A DNA stretch of 64,000 nt from a virus. Position numbers and translations under genes: made by a program. The notes under the pieces are model-generated. The model saw only the letters and a program-made list of their open reading frames with translations, was not told the DNA's origin and ran no database searches. The stretch lies in IMG/VR virus record IMGVR_UViG_3300035703_000049, positions 24,152 to 88,151 of that record, one strand, 5' to 3'. Of this stretch, positions 1-13,200 are shown piece after piece. Position 1 is the stretch's first letter. Each line of letters opens with the position of its first letter.

Positions 1-1213
1 TTAAATTAATATTACCATTAGTATCAGTTGATATAATAGTATTGTCATTGATTTGTATGTTATCAATATTAGCTATTGTTAAATTGCCAACACTAGTAAT
101 ATTTGGTTGCGCTGCACTTGTAACTGTGCTAGTTGTTCCTGCTGAGGCAGCATTTAAGTTAGCTACTTGTGTAGTTGAATTAACTACAAAAGGAGCAGTA
201 CCTGTTGCAACGTTACTAATTAGTCTAGATGCTGTTACAACATTAGATACGTTAATATCTGTTACATTAGCACTTCCAGTAACTGTTAAGGTTGTTCCAC
301 TAAAGCTTAAATTGGAACTGGTTAAAATCTCTTTAGCTGCCCCTGCATAAAAAATACCTGCTGCACTTACTGATCCAGTATCTATGATTACGTTTCCGGT
401 TCCGTTTGGATCTAATGTTATATTTCCATCCACATTTGTAGAAACTAAACTATTTGTAGTAAGTTGTAAATTGCCGCCACTTACGGTCAAAAATACAGTA
501 TTAGCAGAACTGCTTATGTCTTGTGAATTTGAAATAGTAATAACATTTGAGACGGGAGAAGAAATATCAATACCATTGCTGCCAGCAAGTGTATAAAATC
601 TTAAATCTTGAGCAACTTTAACAGCAAAGATACCTTGTCCTGCACCAATATTACTACCAGTATTTGCTTCGCCACCTGTTGCTCCCGGTGGTTGAGCTGG
701 TTCCCAAACTTGGTTAATAACATTCCAAGTTAACACGTCTCCTGTTGCTGGAGGTGTAGTATATTCAACATCCGCTAAATCATCTGCTGTAGCTAAAGCA
801 ATCCTGTCATCAACTCTAGAGTTTGTAAAATATAAATTTGAACCTTCAGCGACATTACTAGTAGTAGTATTTAATGATATAGTACCAGTAGTTGAACTAT
901 AACTTATACCTGTTCCGGCAACTAAACTTTCTCTTGCCCTGCCCTGTGTAAAATATACATTAGTTGTGCCTTCTGTTAATGCATCAGTAGTTTTTGTTGA
1001 AAAATCAGTATTAAATCTAGATGTTGTATAATATTGATTGGTTCCTTCAGCAATATTTGAAGTCGTTAAAACTACAACACCAGATTGCCCGTTTACACTT
1101 ATAACTTCTGCATTTTCAAGCGTTGCGATACGTGTATCTAAATCAGAAAAGTTTCCATCTAATTCATCATATGTTAAAGGGGAACCCTTTTCTGTTCGCA
1201 ATGTAATAGTCAT
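1..1213 (-). CDS. Tail fibre / virion fibre protein (partial; runs off window start; not in the ORF track)
   Basis: ATG at 1213 with GGAG SD upstream. Reads MTITLRTEKGSPLTYDELDGNF (typical fibre N-terminal anchor), has 'EGTNxYF/YT' repeats, and shares DPNGTGNVIIDT and NVATGTAPFxVNSTT modules with the 51486 and 53227 fibres. Confidence 0.8.
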   Translation of the reverse strand, partial: MTITLRTEKGSPLTYDELDGNFSDLDTRIATLENAEVISVNGQSGVVVLTTSNIAEGTNQYYTTSRFNTDFSTKTTDALTEGTTNVYFTQGRARESLVAGTGISYSSTTGTISLNTTTSNVAEGSNLYFTNSRVDDRIALATADDLADVEYTTPPATGDVLTWNVINQVWEPAQPPGATGGEANTGSNIGAGQGIFAVKVAQDLRFYTLAGSNGIDISSPVSNVITISNSQDISSSANTVFLTVSGGNLQLTTNSLVSTNVDGNITLDPNGTGNVIIDTGSVSAAGIFYAGAAKEILTSSNLSFSGTTLTVTGSANVTDINVSNVVTASRLISNVATGTAPFVVNSTTQVANLNAASAGTTSTVTSAAQPNITSVGNLTIANIDNIQINDNTIISTDTNGNINL

Positions 1214-1231
1214 TTAATTCTCCAACAGTAT

Positions 1232-4200
1232 TTAATATAAATTACCCACAACATATCCATTAATTACATAACTTGCCTCAAGATACTTTACGTCAAACAC
1301 TTTACTTATTGGTAACGCAGTATCCTGTAACAAGAATTTAACTTGTTCTGTTGTGCTATATTGTAAACCAAGTCCATTTGTAGCGTCAAACTCGCCTTGA
1401 TCATACCAAACTTTATTATGAGCATTTGGTATTCGCTGTAAGAAGCTCGCATCTTGAACTAATGTATTAAGTGGAATTGCTAATACTGCACCAGTTCCAT
1501 CAATCCCTCTCCTAATTTGTGTTAATTTATTATTTTCTAAATCTACACCATAATACAGAATTCTCTCTCCACCAACCATTATTATTCCTGGGATTGCTAA
1601 TTCTGTGTTTGGTTGAGCCAAGACGCTAGCATCTTTTACAAATATTTCTGTATCAGTAATATTCAAAGTACGTGCTAGTTCTGTAGTAGATCTTGCACCA
1701 ATTCTGTAGTAATTCCAGTTATCATTTAAATCCTTAAACAATCTAAATGCAACAGCGGGTATTTGTTGATTTTCTCCAAATTGCGTAATTACTAACAATG
1801 ATTCATCAAACATAGTAATGTTATTAGATAATTTTATCTTTGTACCATTTTCAATTAATTCATAATCATTATTAGGCAATAGATATCGTCCGCCATCGAT
1901 TGCATCTTGATCTAATGTTACCCAAAGATAATTAATATTATTAACAGGTGTTGGTAAATCATAAATTTTTGTGTTTATTAAATTAGCTTGAACGCTATCA
2001 TAATTTACAGAATCAAAACCAACGTCATCAAACCCAATCAAAGTAAGAACGTTAGATTCTACAGTTCCTTGATAAACACTAGTTTTAATTCCTAGTCTTT
2101 CATCATTAGTAAATGTTGTAACACGAATAACATCATTTGTATCTAAACTTATACTTTGAGAAATTATTATAGTTTTTTCATCAAGTAGTGAATATTCAGC
2201 CTTGTTTGTTAAGCTTATAGTTAGTAAATCTAAATCTGTTGGGACTAGAGAATATAAAATTATTCTAGGTATTGAGCTACCATCAGTTGGTAATAAATCC
2301 CAATCGATTGTTGGTAATAGTTGTTCTCCATTTAAAGCTACTCTAACAGTAGATTCATTAATTGAATTTATATCTATATCTCTTGTATACGGAATATCAA
2401 ATTCAATAGTTGAATTATCACCAATATAATATTTTTGATTTGGTGGTCTTAATCTATTATTGTTTAATTCAACTATTATTTTTTCTGCACTTGGATAACT
2501 ATAACCAATTTCATTAGCTAGTGTAAATGTATAGTTTGTTGGATAAACGTTACCTGTTACATTAAACAATTCCGTGTTTAAATCAACAAATTGCTGTTCA
2601 GTTGATTCAGTATAGAATAAATGAACATGTATAGTATCATTGTCTGTTAAAGTTATTGAATCGTCAATTGTTAAAGTTGTTAACCCTTGACTAAACAAAG
2701 CTAATTCGTAATCTTCAATTTTTTCACCGTTTAGCGTAACTAAAGATTGATAAATTAAATCTAAATCAATTTGAAGTGTGTAGCTGTTTATGTTTTCTTG
2801 GCAAGCAATTTCTTGATCATAAATTAATCCTTCGCCGCCGCCATTGATTGCATAAATGTACAATACATCATTTGTTAACAATGATTTTAACATTGTAATA
2901 GTTTTATTTTTAAAGTTAATTGTGTAATCTATGTTTTGATCTAATCTACCATAATTTTTTGATATAACAATTAAATCGTCACCTTTAGTAATCGTTGTAT
3001 TAAAAGGATAAACATTGTCAGTATTAACATCATATACTGTAGTAGTAATTAATAAACCAAGACCTTTGTCAGCAAAGTCACTTGCTGGTACTGTAAACAC
3101 TCTAATATCTAATGTATCATAAACTCTACCTGGTATTGCTTCTTCTGGTGCATGACTTGAGTAAGTATCAACAAATTTTCCACCATGCGTAATAATATCT
3201 TCAGGTTTAGTACCTAATGTAGTATCCAAGAAGTTGCTATATATTGTTTGATCTAGTACGCTTTCGTCAAGAACACTAACGCCTTCAGGACCAATGATAA
3301 ATTGATCTAGTCCGCTTATATCGTAAGCACCAACATCAAATCCAGGTTCGTCTCTAAAACTTGCTCCCTGAACTTTAACGCCTGGATATTCTACACCAGC
3401 AAACAATTGTCCTAAATCTTTTCCTGGTAGCCCCGCAGCAGGTTGATAATAAGCCCAAGTTCTGTTTAAATGACTTTCAAATTCATCTGCATTTAATTCT
3501 CTAAAATCTGTTATTTCAAAAGTTTCGCCAGTAGTCGTAACTGGAACAGAATCTCTTAAAGTATATGCTTTATTATTGTAAACAATAATATCTCCGCGAT
3601 CATATCGTGTTTCTAATTGCCACTCTAATACTGTTGGAGCATACAGACTCATATTTCCATCAACACTAACAACTGTGCCGCTTATATCTAATTCATCTGC
3701 ACCAACAAAATATCCTAACGATCTTAAGTATGCTTGTAAGAACTCAGCAGTCCAACCCCCAGGTAACTTTTTATATTGTACTTGTATTCTTCCTGAATCA
3801 TCCGGGAAAATTCTATAGTTACTTGCGTTTTCAACTGGCCATCCAATTTGACTTGCTTCTTCTTTAATCCACTCAAATCCGCTGAGTGCGTCTAACAGTT
3901 CATCTAACACGCCTTGTTCACCAAATACTCTAGATTTCTTTTGATCTCTAATATCAACTGGATTTTCAAATTCGTCCAAGAATTGTATTAAGAATCCACC
4001 GTTGTTTGGAACACGGTCAAACTTAATTACATCTTTAATACTACGAACTTTTTTATTACCCATAATTGGTACAAGCACTGCACCTTCGCCGCTTGAATCT
4101 TCAATCTCTATAATTGGAGTAGTAATATAACCTATGCCTGAATTTACGTGAACTTTTGTTATTTCTCCGTTAACAACAGTAGCATCTAATGTTGTACCGC

Positions 4201-7200
4201 TTCCTGTTGTACCAACTAAAGTTAATGTAGGAGGAGCAGTATATCCTTCTCCTGAATTATGAACTAAAATTGATTCTACTTCTAATGTAAAGTTGTTTAA
4301 CCAAGCAGAATACTCAGGACGTTCAAATATTATGTCATCAATTTCATCTAACCCAGTTGGACTACGATACTTACCATTTGTTTCATTGTAGTAAGCAGGT
4401 ATATCAAAATCTGTTACACCTGTATTAGCTGTATCTAAACCTTCATGACTGTTAACAAATTCGCGTATTTTTGTATGATAAGGTTTAATTTCTTCAATAT
4501 ATTTGCGTAAATTATCTTGTCTATCTTTTTGTAAGGTTGGTATTTGACTAATAGCTTGTTGATTACGGTGTTCAACTTTAATAAAACTTGTCTTAAAAAT
4601 ATAATCAACATACTTTTGTTCAGCAAGTAGATGCTGCATCATTAATAAGAACCAACGATTCTTTTCAATTTGTTCAGTTCCTGAGAATATGTCATTATAA
4701 ACTGAGCGAAGTATGTTTTGTATTTCAGCAGTTGGCCAATCATCAAAAATTTGTATATCAAATGTTTCAATATCAAATCCTTGTGCAAATTTTGTTTGAT
4801 CCCATATAGCATCAATTATTTTATAAGTAGCTGATTCTTGCTTGATTATCTCATAGTTATTATTTGTATATTGTAGTATTACGTATCTACCATTGCCAGC
4901 ATCTTTTACTTTTACAGTGTCCCCTTCACTTGGGATAATGCTAATAAGTTGATAACTAAAATCAATAGTATAGTCAGTTACAATTGGATCTATCGCACCT
5001 GGTTTTAACCAATCAGCAGTTGTTATATATCTTCTATTATCAAAACTTTGAACTTTCTCAAGTATCCAATTATTATTAACTTTTTTATAGATAGTCCACT
5101 TATCACTTACTTCTTCATCAACTTGAACTAAAACTCTATAGTTTTCAGGATAAAGTGAAATATTTAAATATCCTAATTCTGTTCTATCGTTCACTACTTC
5201 ATCATAAGCATCTGTATAAACGTTCGGAATTTCTTCAAAAGACAATAAGTTAGTTGTATTTTTATTCTCTCTTGCAGGTATACGACTCAATATTAAATTG
5301 ACATATTCAACAGCAGATTTTAATGCTGATTTTCTATCTCTATATATTGTTTGACGTGGTCGGTAAGCAATTCCATATTTTTCACCTAGTGTTAATTTAG
5401 GATCTGGAACTAAGTTACCTTGTATATCAGAACCTGCTAAACTGTCAATTAATTTTTGAACAACTCTATCATTTGGGATACTTTGTGCATCATTTTCTGA
5501 TATAAGTTGGAATTCAGCATGTATTGAATTTTCATTGAAAACAACATCATACTCAATGCTTAAAACTATATTTTTATCTTGTAGTAAGTTTGAACAATTA
5601 TAAAGAGCTACTGCATTTGATGCTACAAAAGCTATAAACGGTACGCCAGTTGAACGTGGATTAGCAATTAAGTTTTCTAAATCAACTGTACTGTATCTAC
5701 GATTCTTAACGTTTGGTATTGTTCTTTTACCTGCGACCCAATAATAATATCTATTAGTTACTATTCCAGTATTTGGATCAATATCAGATACTAGATTAAA
5801 ATTATTTGATCTTGGGAAAGAAGTTGGATCTTTTTCATCCACAAATTGTGTAGGAGGCAATATACTTTCTGCCCATTCATAACAAATAATAGTTGATCCA
5901 GGAAATGCACTGTTCCAATTTATTCCTCTGTTACTAATGTTCCCTTGTTCGTAATCAATCCATCTAGTTTGACTAATATCCCACCAAACTTGACCTACGT
6001 GTTCTTTACCCCACACTCTTCCAGAAGAATTATTGTTGTAAACTGCTGGATCAAATGATGTTTGATACGTTATTTCTTGAGCTGCTAAACCGCTTATTTT
6101 TCCTTTTACTGGATCAATAAAATCTAAATCAGTAACAATTTGTTGTGTTTCTTTGTTATAAAGGAAAACACGGTTAATAAGGTTAATGTCAACTTTAGGA
6201 CTATTACTTCTAATAGTGTTCCATGGTTTTTTATTTTCATTGTTGTTAAATGAGAATATCAAACCTGTATTGTTTCCAGTTGTATCATCGCCTGGAGCAC
6301 CAATATAAATTGTACTAGCGTTAATTGCTATTGATTTACCGTATTCATCAAAGCTATCAATTAATGGATTGGTTAGTTTTTGTGCTGACACAAATTGTCC
6401 TGGATTTGTAATTGATGAATTTGCTACTGGTATAAATTGATACATCCAAGCAGCACCGCTTTGCTTTTTAATATCATTAAAGCTAGTTGCGCGTGCATCA
6501 AAGTAAGTTGTTTTGTTATCAATAGTTGTTTCTAATCTTGTACTTGCGCGTGCGCTTCCAACTACTAGTATATCTGCTTCTGGACCAATTGCAAGAGATT
6601 TACCAAATTCTACATAATGATCATCTGTTGGGCTGTTAATAGTTTGTTGATGAGGGAATATTTCTAAACCAATATCAACTAATGGTTGACCTAACGCTGA
6701 AGTTATCAATAATCTTTCACCAGTTATCAAACTGTTAGTTTCTAAGTAAAGATATCCGTTATCGTTTATTGCTGTGACACCTGGGATAGCTGTCTCATTT
6801 ATTGCATCAACAATTGCATCTAAATCATACCCGGTTTCAAGGAATACAAAAAAGTCATTTATAACTAAAACACTATCATCCGTTATAATTGGATCTTGTA
6901 CGGTTCCCGTAATTACACCAAAGAAACGACCTTGATTAATAAATCTATAAACTTTTCCTGAATTTATCTTACCACTATCTTTTCTTGGTGCACCGATGTA
7001 TACAGAGCAATTAGTTGGGCATACTTGTATGCTTTCGCCAAATCCAGAATCATCTTCTAAATCATCATTAGCGGATTCTAAAGTTAACTCAGTAGTTTGA
7101 ACTACATTGTTAGTTTCAATTTTTACTAAAGCGCCGGCATCTGGAGGAGTAAACAATGTTATTGTATCAATTGTATAGGTATACTCTTCACCTTCAACTA

Positions 7201-10200
7201 ACTTTTTATTGTCAACGTAAACGTATGGCATACCTAAAATATTAGCGGCAGTGAAAAATTCTACCGTATCACCATCTGCATAGTAAGTTTCTGCAAGTCT
7301 ATCAAACACATAAACTTTGCCTGCGTTTTCTGCTAATATTGTGCTACCATCTTCATCTATTATATTTGTGTTTGGTGCACCAATAATGATTTGTCTTCCG
7401 CCATCGGTTAATTCTAATGATTGTCCAAATCTATCATCAACATTAGCACTATCGCTAGTGAAGGCAGTAACTAATTCAAAGTGTGTTCTTTGCTCAATGT
7501 AAATCTCAACATTAATTGGAGGCACATCATTAAAAGTAACATAATATTGGTTTCCAATTAGGTCTAATGTATAATCTCTAAATGGAACTTGTATTACACC
7601 ATCAACTTCAACAAATAGTGCATATATACTTGTTGGTGTTGCGTTATCACCTGTTAGACCGTAAGACACTGTTGAACCATCACTAATTATTGTTTGTTGT
7701 GGTAACCCTCTCGATACAGTAACAACTATATTACTTCCAAATAAAGGAGCTGCTGATAACACTAAGTTGCTACCAACTAAAGTATAATCAACGCTTGGTA
7801 TTAGTGCAATCCCATCTTGTGTAACTATAACATTAGCTACATCATTTGGATTAGCAACATCTCCAATTAAAGCAAATATAGTTGAACTACCATCACCTGT
7901 AAACGTTACACTCGCTGATGGTAATATAGAAACAAATCTTCTTTGATAAAGATATACATATCCTTCATCTGCACCTGGTTGACCAACTGCTAGCCAATTT
8001 CCGTCATTACTCAGTACAACATTATATCCAAATTCACCATTTAAGTCCAGTGTATCGGAAGCGATAATTTGTTGAGTTCTAAATTCGCCTGTTTCTGCCG
8101 ATGGTGCAAGTATTACAACAAACCCTATATCGTCTGAATTTGGGGCGCCAGCTGCGAAAGTTGCATCATTACTTGCAGAAACAGATTCGCCAACTCCAAT
8201 AACGCCAACACTATCTGTGGTTAAATTAGCTATTTCTTCTAAAGATCCGTTAGTAGTAATACTGTAAATTACAACAGAACCAATACCATTATTTGATCCT
8301 GGCCTACCGGCTATCATATAATAATTTTGATCATCTGTATCAACAGCATATCCTAGATTATCATTTTCATCAGCAAATGTAGCGCGATAGTTTGTTCCAA
8401 CTTCCCAAACTTTTTGATTTTCGTAGATTCTCCAACCATTATTGTTTGCATTGTCAATAAAGAGTTTATCACCTTCTTGCCAACCTTTGAGTGGTTCTTG
8501 TGCTGCAACATCCTGAGATGAGTTAAACTTCATACTCTTTAATTTAAAAACAAATCCGCTGAATGGATTAATTTGTATTGATCCGTAACCAGTACCTACT
8601 ACAAAAGTTCTTGCATCAACAATAGTCGTAACAGTATAAAATCCAAAAACATTTGGATTAGTGTTGTCTGATTTAATAAAAATTAGATCATTTTTTTCTA
8701 AGTTATGATTGTTAACACAACGTATTGTAGCGTTACCATTTGAAATAACATTTAGCGATTCTAAACGTATATCAGTTTCATCAATGCGATAAACATTCCA
8801 TTGATTGTTTCTATCTGCTGCTATCCAAATTAAATCACCTGCACCAACATCACTTCCTGTTACATAAGAATTTAATGCAGCGCGTGTTGGACTAGCGTAG
8901 TCGACATCAGATAATTGAGCATATCCTGCTGTATATAGATCATTAGTATTTTTACTATATTCTCTATTATTAATAAAGTTTTTATCATAAGGAACATGCT
9001 TTATGAATATATCTTTACTCTTTAAACCTTTGTGACCGTTTGGAAATGCATCGTTGTCGCCTAATAACTCAATTACTAGAGGATCTTTAACTGCCCAACT
9101 TTCATCTAGCTCAATTTGTAAGTTGCGTGTGTTATCAGTTGAACCATACGTACCTAAACGTAATGCCCATTCTTCATAAGAGTTAACAATACCACCAAAG
9201 TTATCTACTTTAGCTTTAAGCAGTTTATCTAAGTTTGAGTTAGTTCCTTTTTGACTAAGCATGCCTTGATAGAACTTAAATTGGCTAGTGTCACTGATAC
9301 CTAAGTCTTCCATGTAACTTCTAGATTCAAATCCAATTAAATTCTTAGCTAACTTTTGTGCATCTTGCTCTAAGTTAACTTGATTTGTATCATAGTATTG
9401 CTTAAACAATCCTGCTCTGTTTGCTAAGTTTGGCAACAATCCTTTCTTAATAGTATTGTAATCAATCTTAATCCATTTATCTAATTCAAAATTAATGCTT
9501 GCTGGTATCTTATCGCTAGCAGTGAAGTATTCTTCTTTAAAGAATATGATGTCACCTTTATTGTAGTTTACGCCAGATTTCCATTCTTCAACATTATCTT
9601 CGTTAATAACGAATCCAGCTGCGCTATAAGATCCATCCCAATCATTAGTTTTAAATCCTTGAATTCTTAAACGGTGCTGTCTATCACCAATAATTGGTTC
9701 GTAAATGATATCATTAAATCTTGTTATGTTGTTGAATAATAGTATGTGTTCATATTCAACAACATCCAAATCTATCAAGTAGATGCCATGGGTGTTATCA
9801 ATCTTTGCGTTAAAGTCTCTTCCGTTTCTATATACAGTATACTCGCTCGCACGAACAATTTTAAAATCTTCATCAAGTATGCGTGTGCTAAGTGGGCGAT
9901 TACTTAATCCATCTACAACACCAAATGCGCTGCGATAATTAATTTTACTACCAACTGGGCTCAAACTGATTGCTACATCAACATCCCATCCCTGTTGTAC
10001 ATAGAATAAAAACTCACGCACAGCAAGATCCCAATCTAGATACCAACTTGCGTCTTCATCTAATTTGTCAGTAAATTGAAAACCTTGTCGTGTTAGGTAA
10101 CGACCATAGCTTATTAAGAAATCACCAACTTGATCAATACTAAAGAATTCAGTACCGTAAGGAACCCTATAAAGTTCTCCAGTACCATCGTTGTACTTTA

Positions 10201-13200
10201 TAATTGCTAACTTACCAACTTTAATATAAGTTTTATTTTCGTTTTCTGCACTTGCTTCTATAGTAAAATATGGTTTATTATCATCATACCCAGTTACGCT
10301 ATAACCATCAACTGTTTTAGTTACGATAACACCACTGTATGTTAGATTAAATATTGGTGCACTCTTGTTTAATACAATATCAAAATCATCATCTGGGATA
10401 ATAACACCTGGGTTATTGCTCGCTGGGGTATATTGCTCAGTAATAATCTTTAAGTATTTTTTATCAGTATAACCAGCAACTTTATATCCTAGTTTTGATT
10501 CTAGTTTTCTAATAATTTGACCAATATTTTTAGTAATGTCAAGTCCGCGACACTTACAATAATCGCTTATCCAGTTAATATAACTGTGAACTCGTGCAAC
10601 ATTACCTTCTAGATCAATTTCATTTTGTACAAATTCGTTAGAGAAATCTCTAATTCCCGTCTTGCTAAAAATTCTTTGCTCGTCATCTAAATCAATTATT
10701 TGATTGTTTGTATCTATATTAACACCAAAATATTCTGCTGGTTTCATTAAAGCAATAGCAAGTTGAATTACGAATGGATATTCACTGCTTTGTCTCCATG
10801 CATTTTCAACTGGTCCGATATCACCAAACTTAAAGAATCCACTAACATCAAGCTCGTTTATATCTTTTGTTACACAATCAATTGGACTTAAAAGTTCACC
10901 GCTGCCATCAACAGGAAGTATTTTACTTAAACTAGGTCTTTCGAATCTAGCATCAATTCCTGCTCTTTCTCCAAATAGTATTTTACCAGCTTCAATATCG
11001 TCCCATAAAACAGTGTTGCCACTTGTGTATGGAGCAGGACCATAACTTTCTTCCCACCAATCTGGTTTATCAGCAAATCCTAACATTTCCCAAGGACGAA
11101 GGTGAGGTGCATCTGTATCAAAGTAATATTTGTAAATACCTCTCCAACTTGAAGCAGGCATTAATTCTCCATCAACACGATTTGTAAATCTACCATAGTT
11201 GTAAGTGAAAGGATCGTTTGCTACAAATTGTCTGTAATCGCTTACTGCTATTGCATTTGCACCAGACCATGCGCTAAAGTGACTACTTAAAATACTGTTA
11301 AATTCTGCTGTAGTGTAATCTGTTTGTCTAAATGCACCTGCGATATAATCCCAAATATCAAAACGATTAACATCATATTTTACTTTAATATTATTGTATA
11401 TTCTTGTTTCAAATTCCAATAACACAGCATCTCTAATATCACCAAACAAAGCAGTTAAACTACCGTCATGTCCGCGAATCATTTGACGTGTATTTTCACC
11501 GTAACCGTCATTTACTATCATAGGAATATACAATGGATATAAACCTAACTTAGTCGGAGTAGCAGGAATATAACTACCATCAGTAGTAGTGTATTCTCTA
11601 ATTTCAAGAATATCACCTTCAACAAGTGTTATTGATGTTAAATCTAATTCAATAACAGGACGAGTTGTTGAGAAAATATAATCTCTGTTTATCAATAATT
11701 GAACATTATTTAGATATACTAAAACTGCTTTATTTGATGCAACTGTTGGATCAAATATTTCTGTAAGATCATAGGTATCTAAACGATTATCAACTACTTG
11801 ATAAATTCTTCTTGTATAATCGTTACCATAAGGTATCATATCGCTTGTAAAATAAGGGAAATTCTTATTTTTATTAGCAACAATTTCAGATAATGCCCTA
11901 TCTAAAGTTTGATTTGCAGGTTCACCAACAACATATAGTTCGTTTATTAATTGTAGTAATCTATTTTTGTATCGAGCATATTCTCGTTGAGCATTAATAG
12001 TTGCGTTAACAAAATTTGCTTGCGGAGAATTCAAGAAGAAATTTGCTAAATGTGATGCGCCATCATGCTGTAATATATTACCTCTAAATGTTTTTACATC
12101 CAGTGTATCTCGTAAATTAAATTCTGATAAAGACTCATCACTTAGGTTTGGTATATCTTCTAAACACTTGATAATATGAGTACGCATTTGACCAAGTGTA
12201 AGTTCAGTAATTTCTTTGTTAAAAGGATTATTAGTGTAGTTTAATGGTGGTTCATAAACACTATTTTCATTTGATTCCAAAGACGCAACTTTAATATCAA
12301 TCTTATCACCAACATTTAAATTTCGATCTAATAGTAGGTATGCTATGTTATCTTCAATTTGAAGATCGTAGTGATTTGTATACAACAAATTATTGTTAAC
12401 ATAAACTATAACGTTTGTTAACATCTCTTGATTTGTGCCCATTGGAAATGCATTAAGTCTAAACAAATTTCTTTGATATTCTGTCGCAAAATATGTTTGT
12501 AATTGTAGTTGTCTAGATTTTTGTCTAACTTTTCTCCACTGATTTCTAAAAGTAAAAGTTCTATCTGGGGCATTAACTTTTACTTTTCCTCCAATAGTTG
12601 ATTTTGTAATACTTTGTTGATTTTGACGATATATAAAAGAATCTTTTGTAATAAAATCAGAGAATACAATGTCACCAATATTATTAATATTACGATACTT
12701 TAACTTAAACCCAAGCACAGGATCAACTATGCTAGTACCAGTTTCATAACCAAATAAGTTGTTTCCATTAAACGTACTACTAGTATAAACGTTTACGTCA
12801 CCAAAACTTTTTTTGTTTTGATCATATAAATCAAATTTTGGTGATTGATTAACTTTAGTCTTTTGTTGACTAACAACCCAAACACCATTTACAAAATGAT
12901 AAGTTTTTCCTTGATTGTTTAAACCTTGCTTAATTAAAACAGTGTCGCCTTCAACAACGTCGTCGCCGTCATCTGCTAAAACCAAGTGAATTTGATCTTC
13001 AAATTCAATGCTAACTGATATAATAGATTCGTCAGGTGGTATAGTTGATGAAAATACTAAACTTTGTGTACTTGCTACATATGACCAAAAATAACCTTGT
13101 GCACCTGCGCTAATCCCGTTTACAAAAACCTTTAATCTTGAAGGTTCATCAATATCAAAATTTAAATCATAGCTATTTGTACTTCCGTCAGAAATAAAAG

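Noticed and set aside
42-596. Plus-strand ORFs 42-350 and 384-596
   Set aside because: Antisense shadows of the minus-strand fibre ORF (1-1213), which the track omitted because it has no stop in the window.
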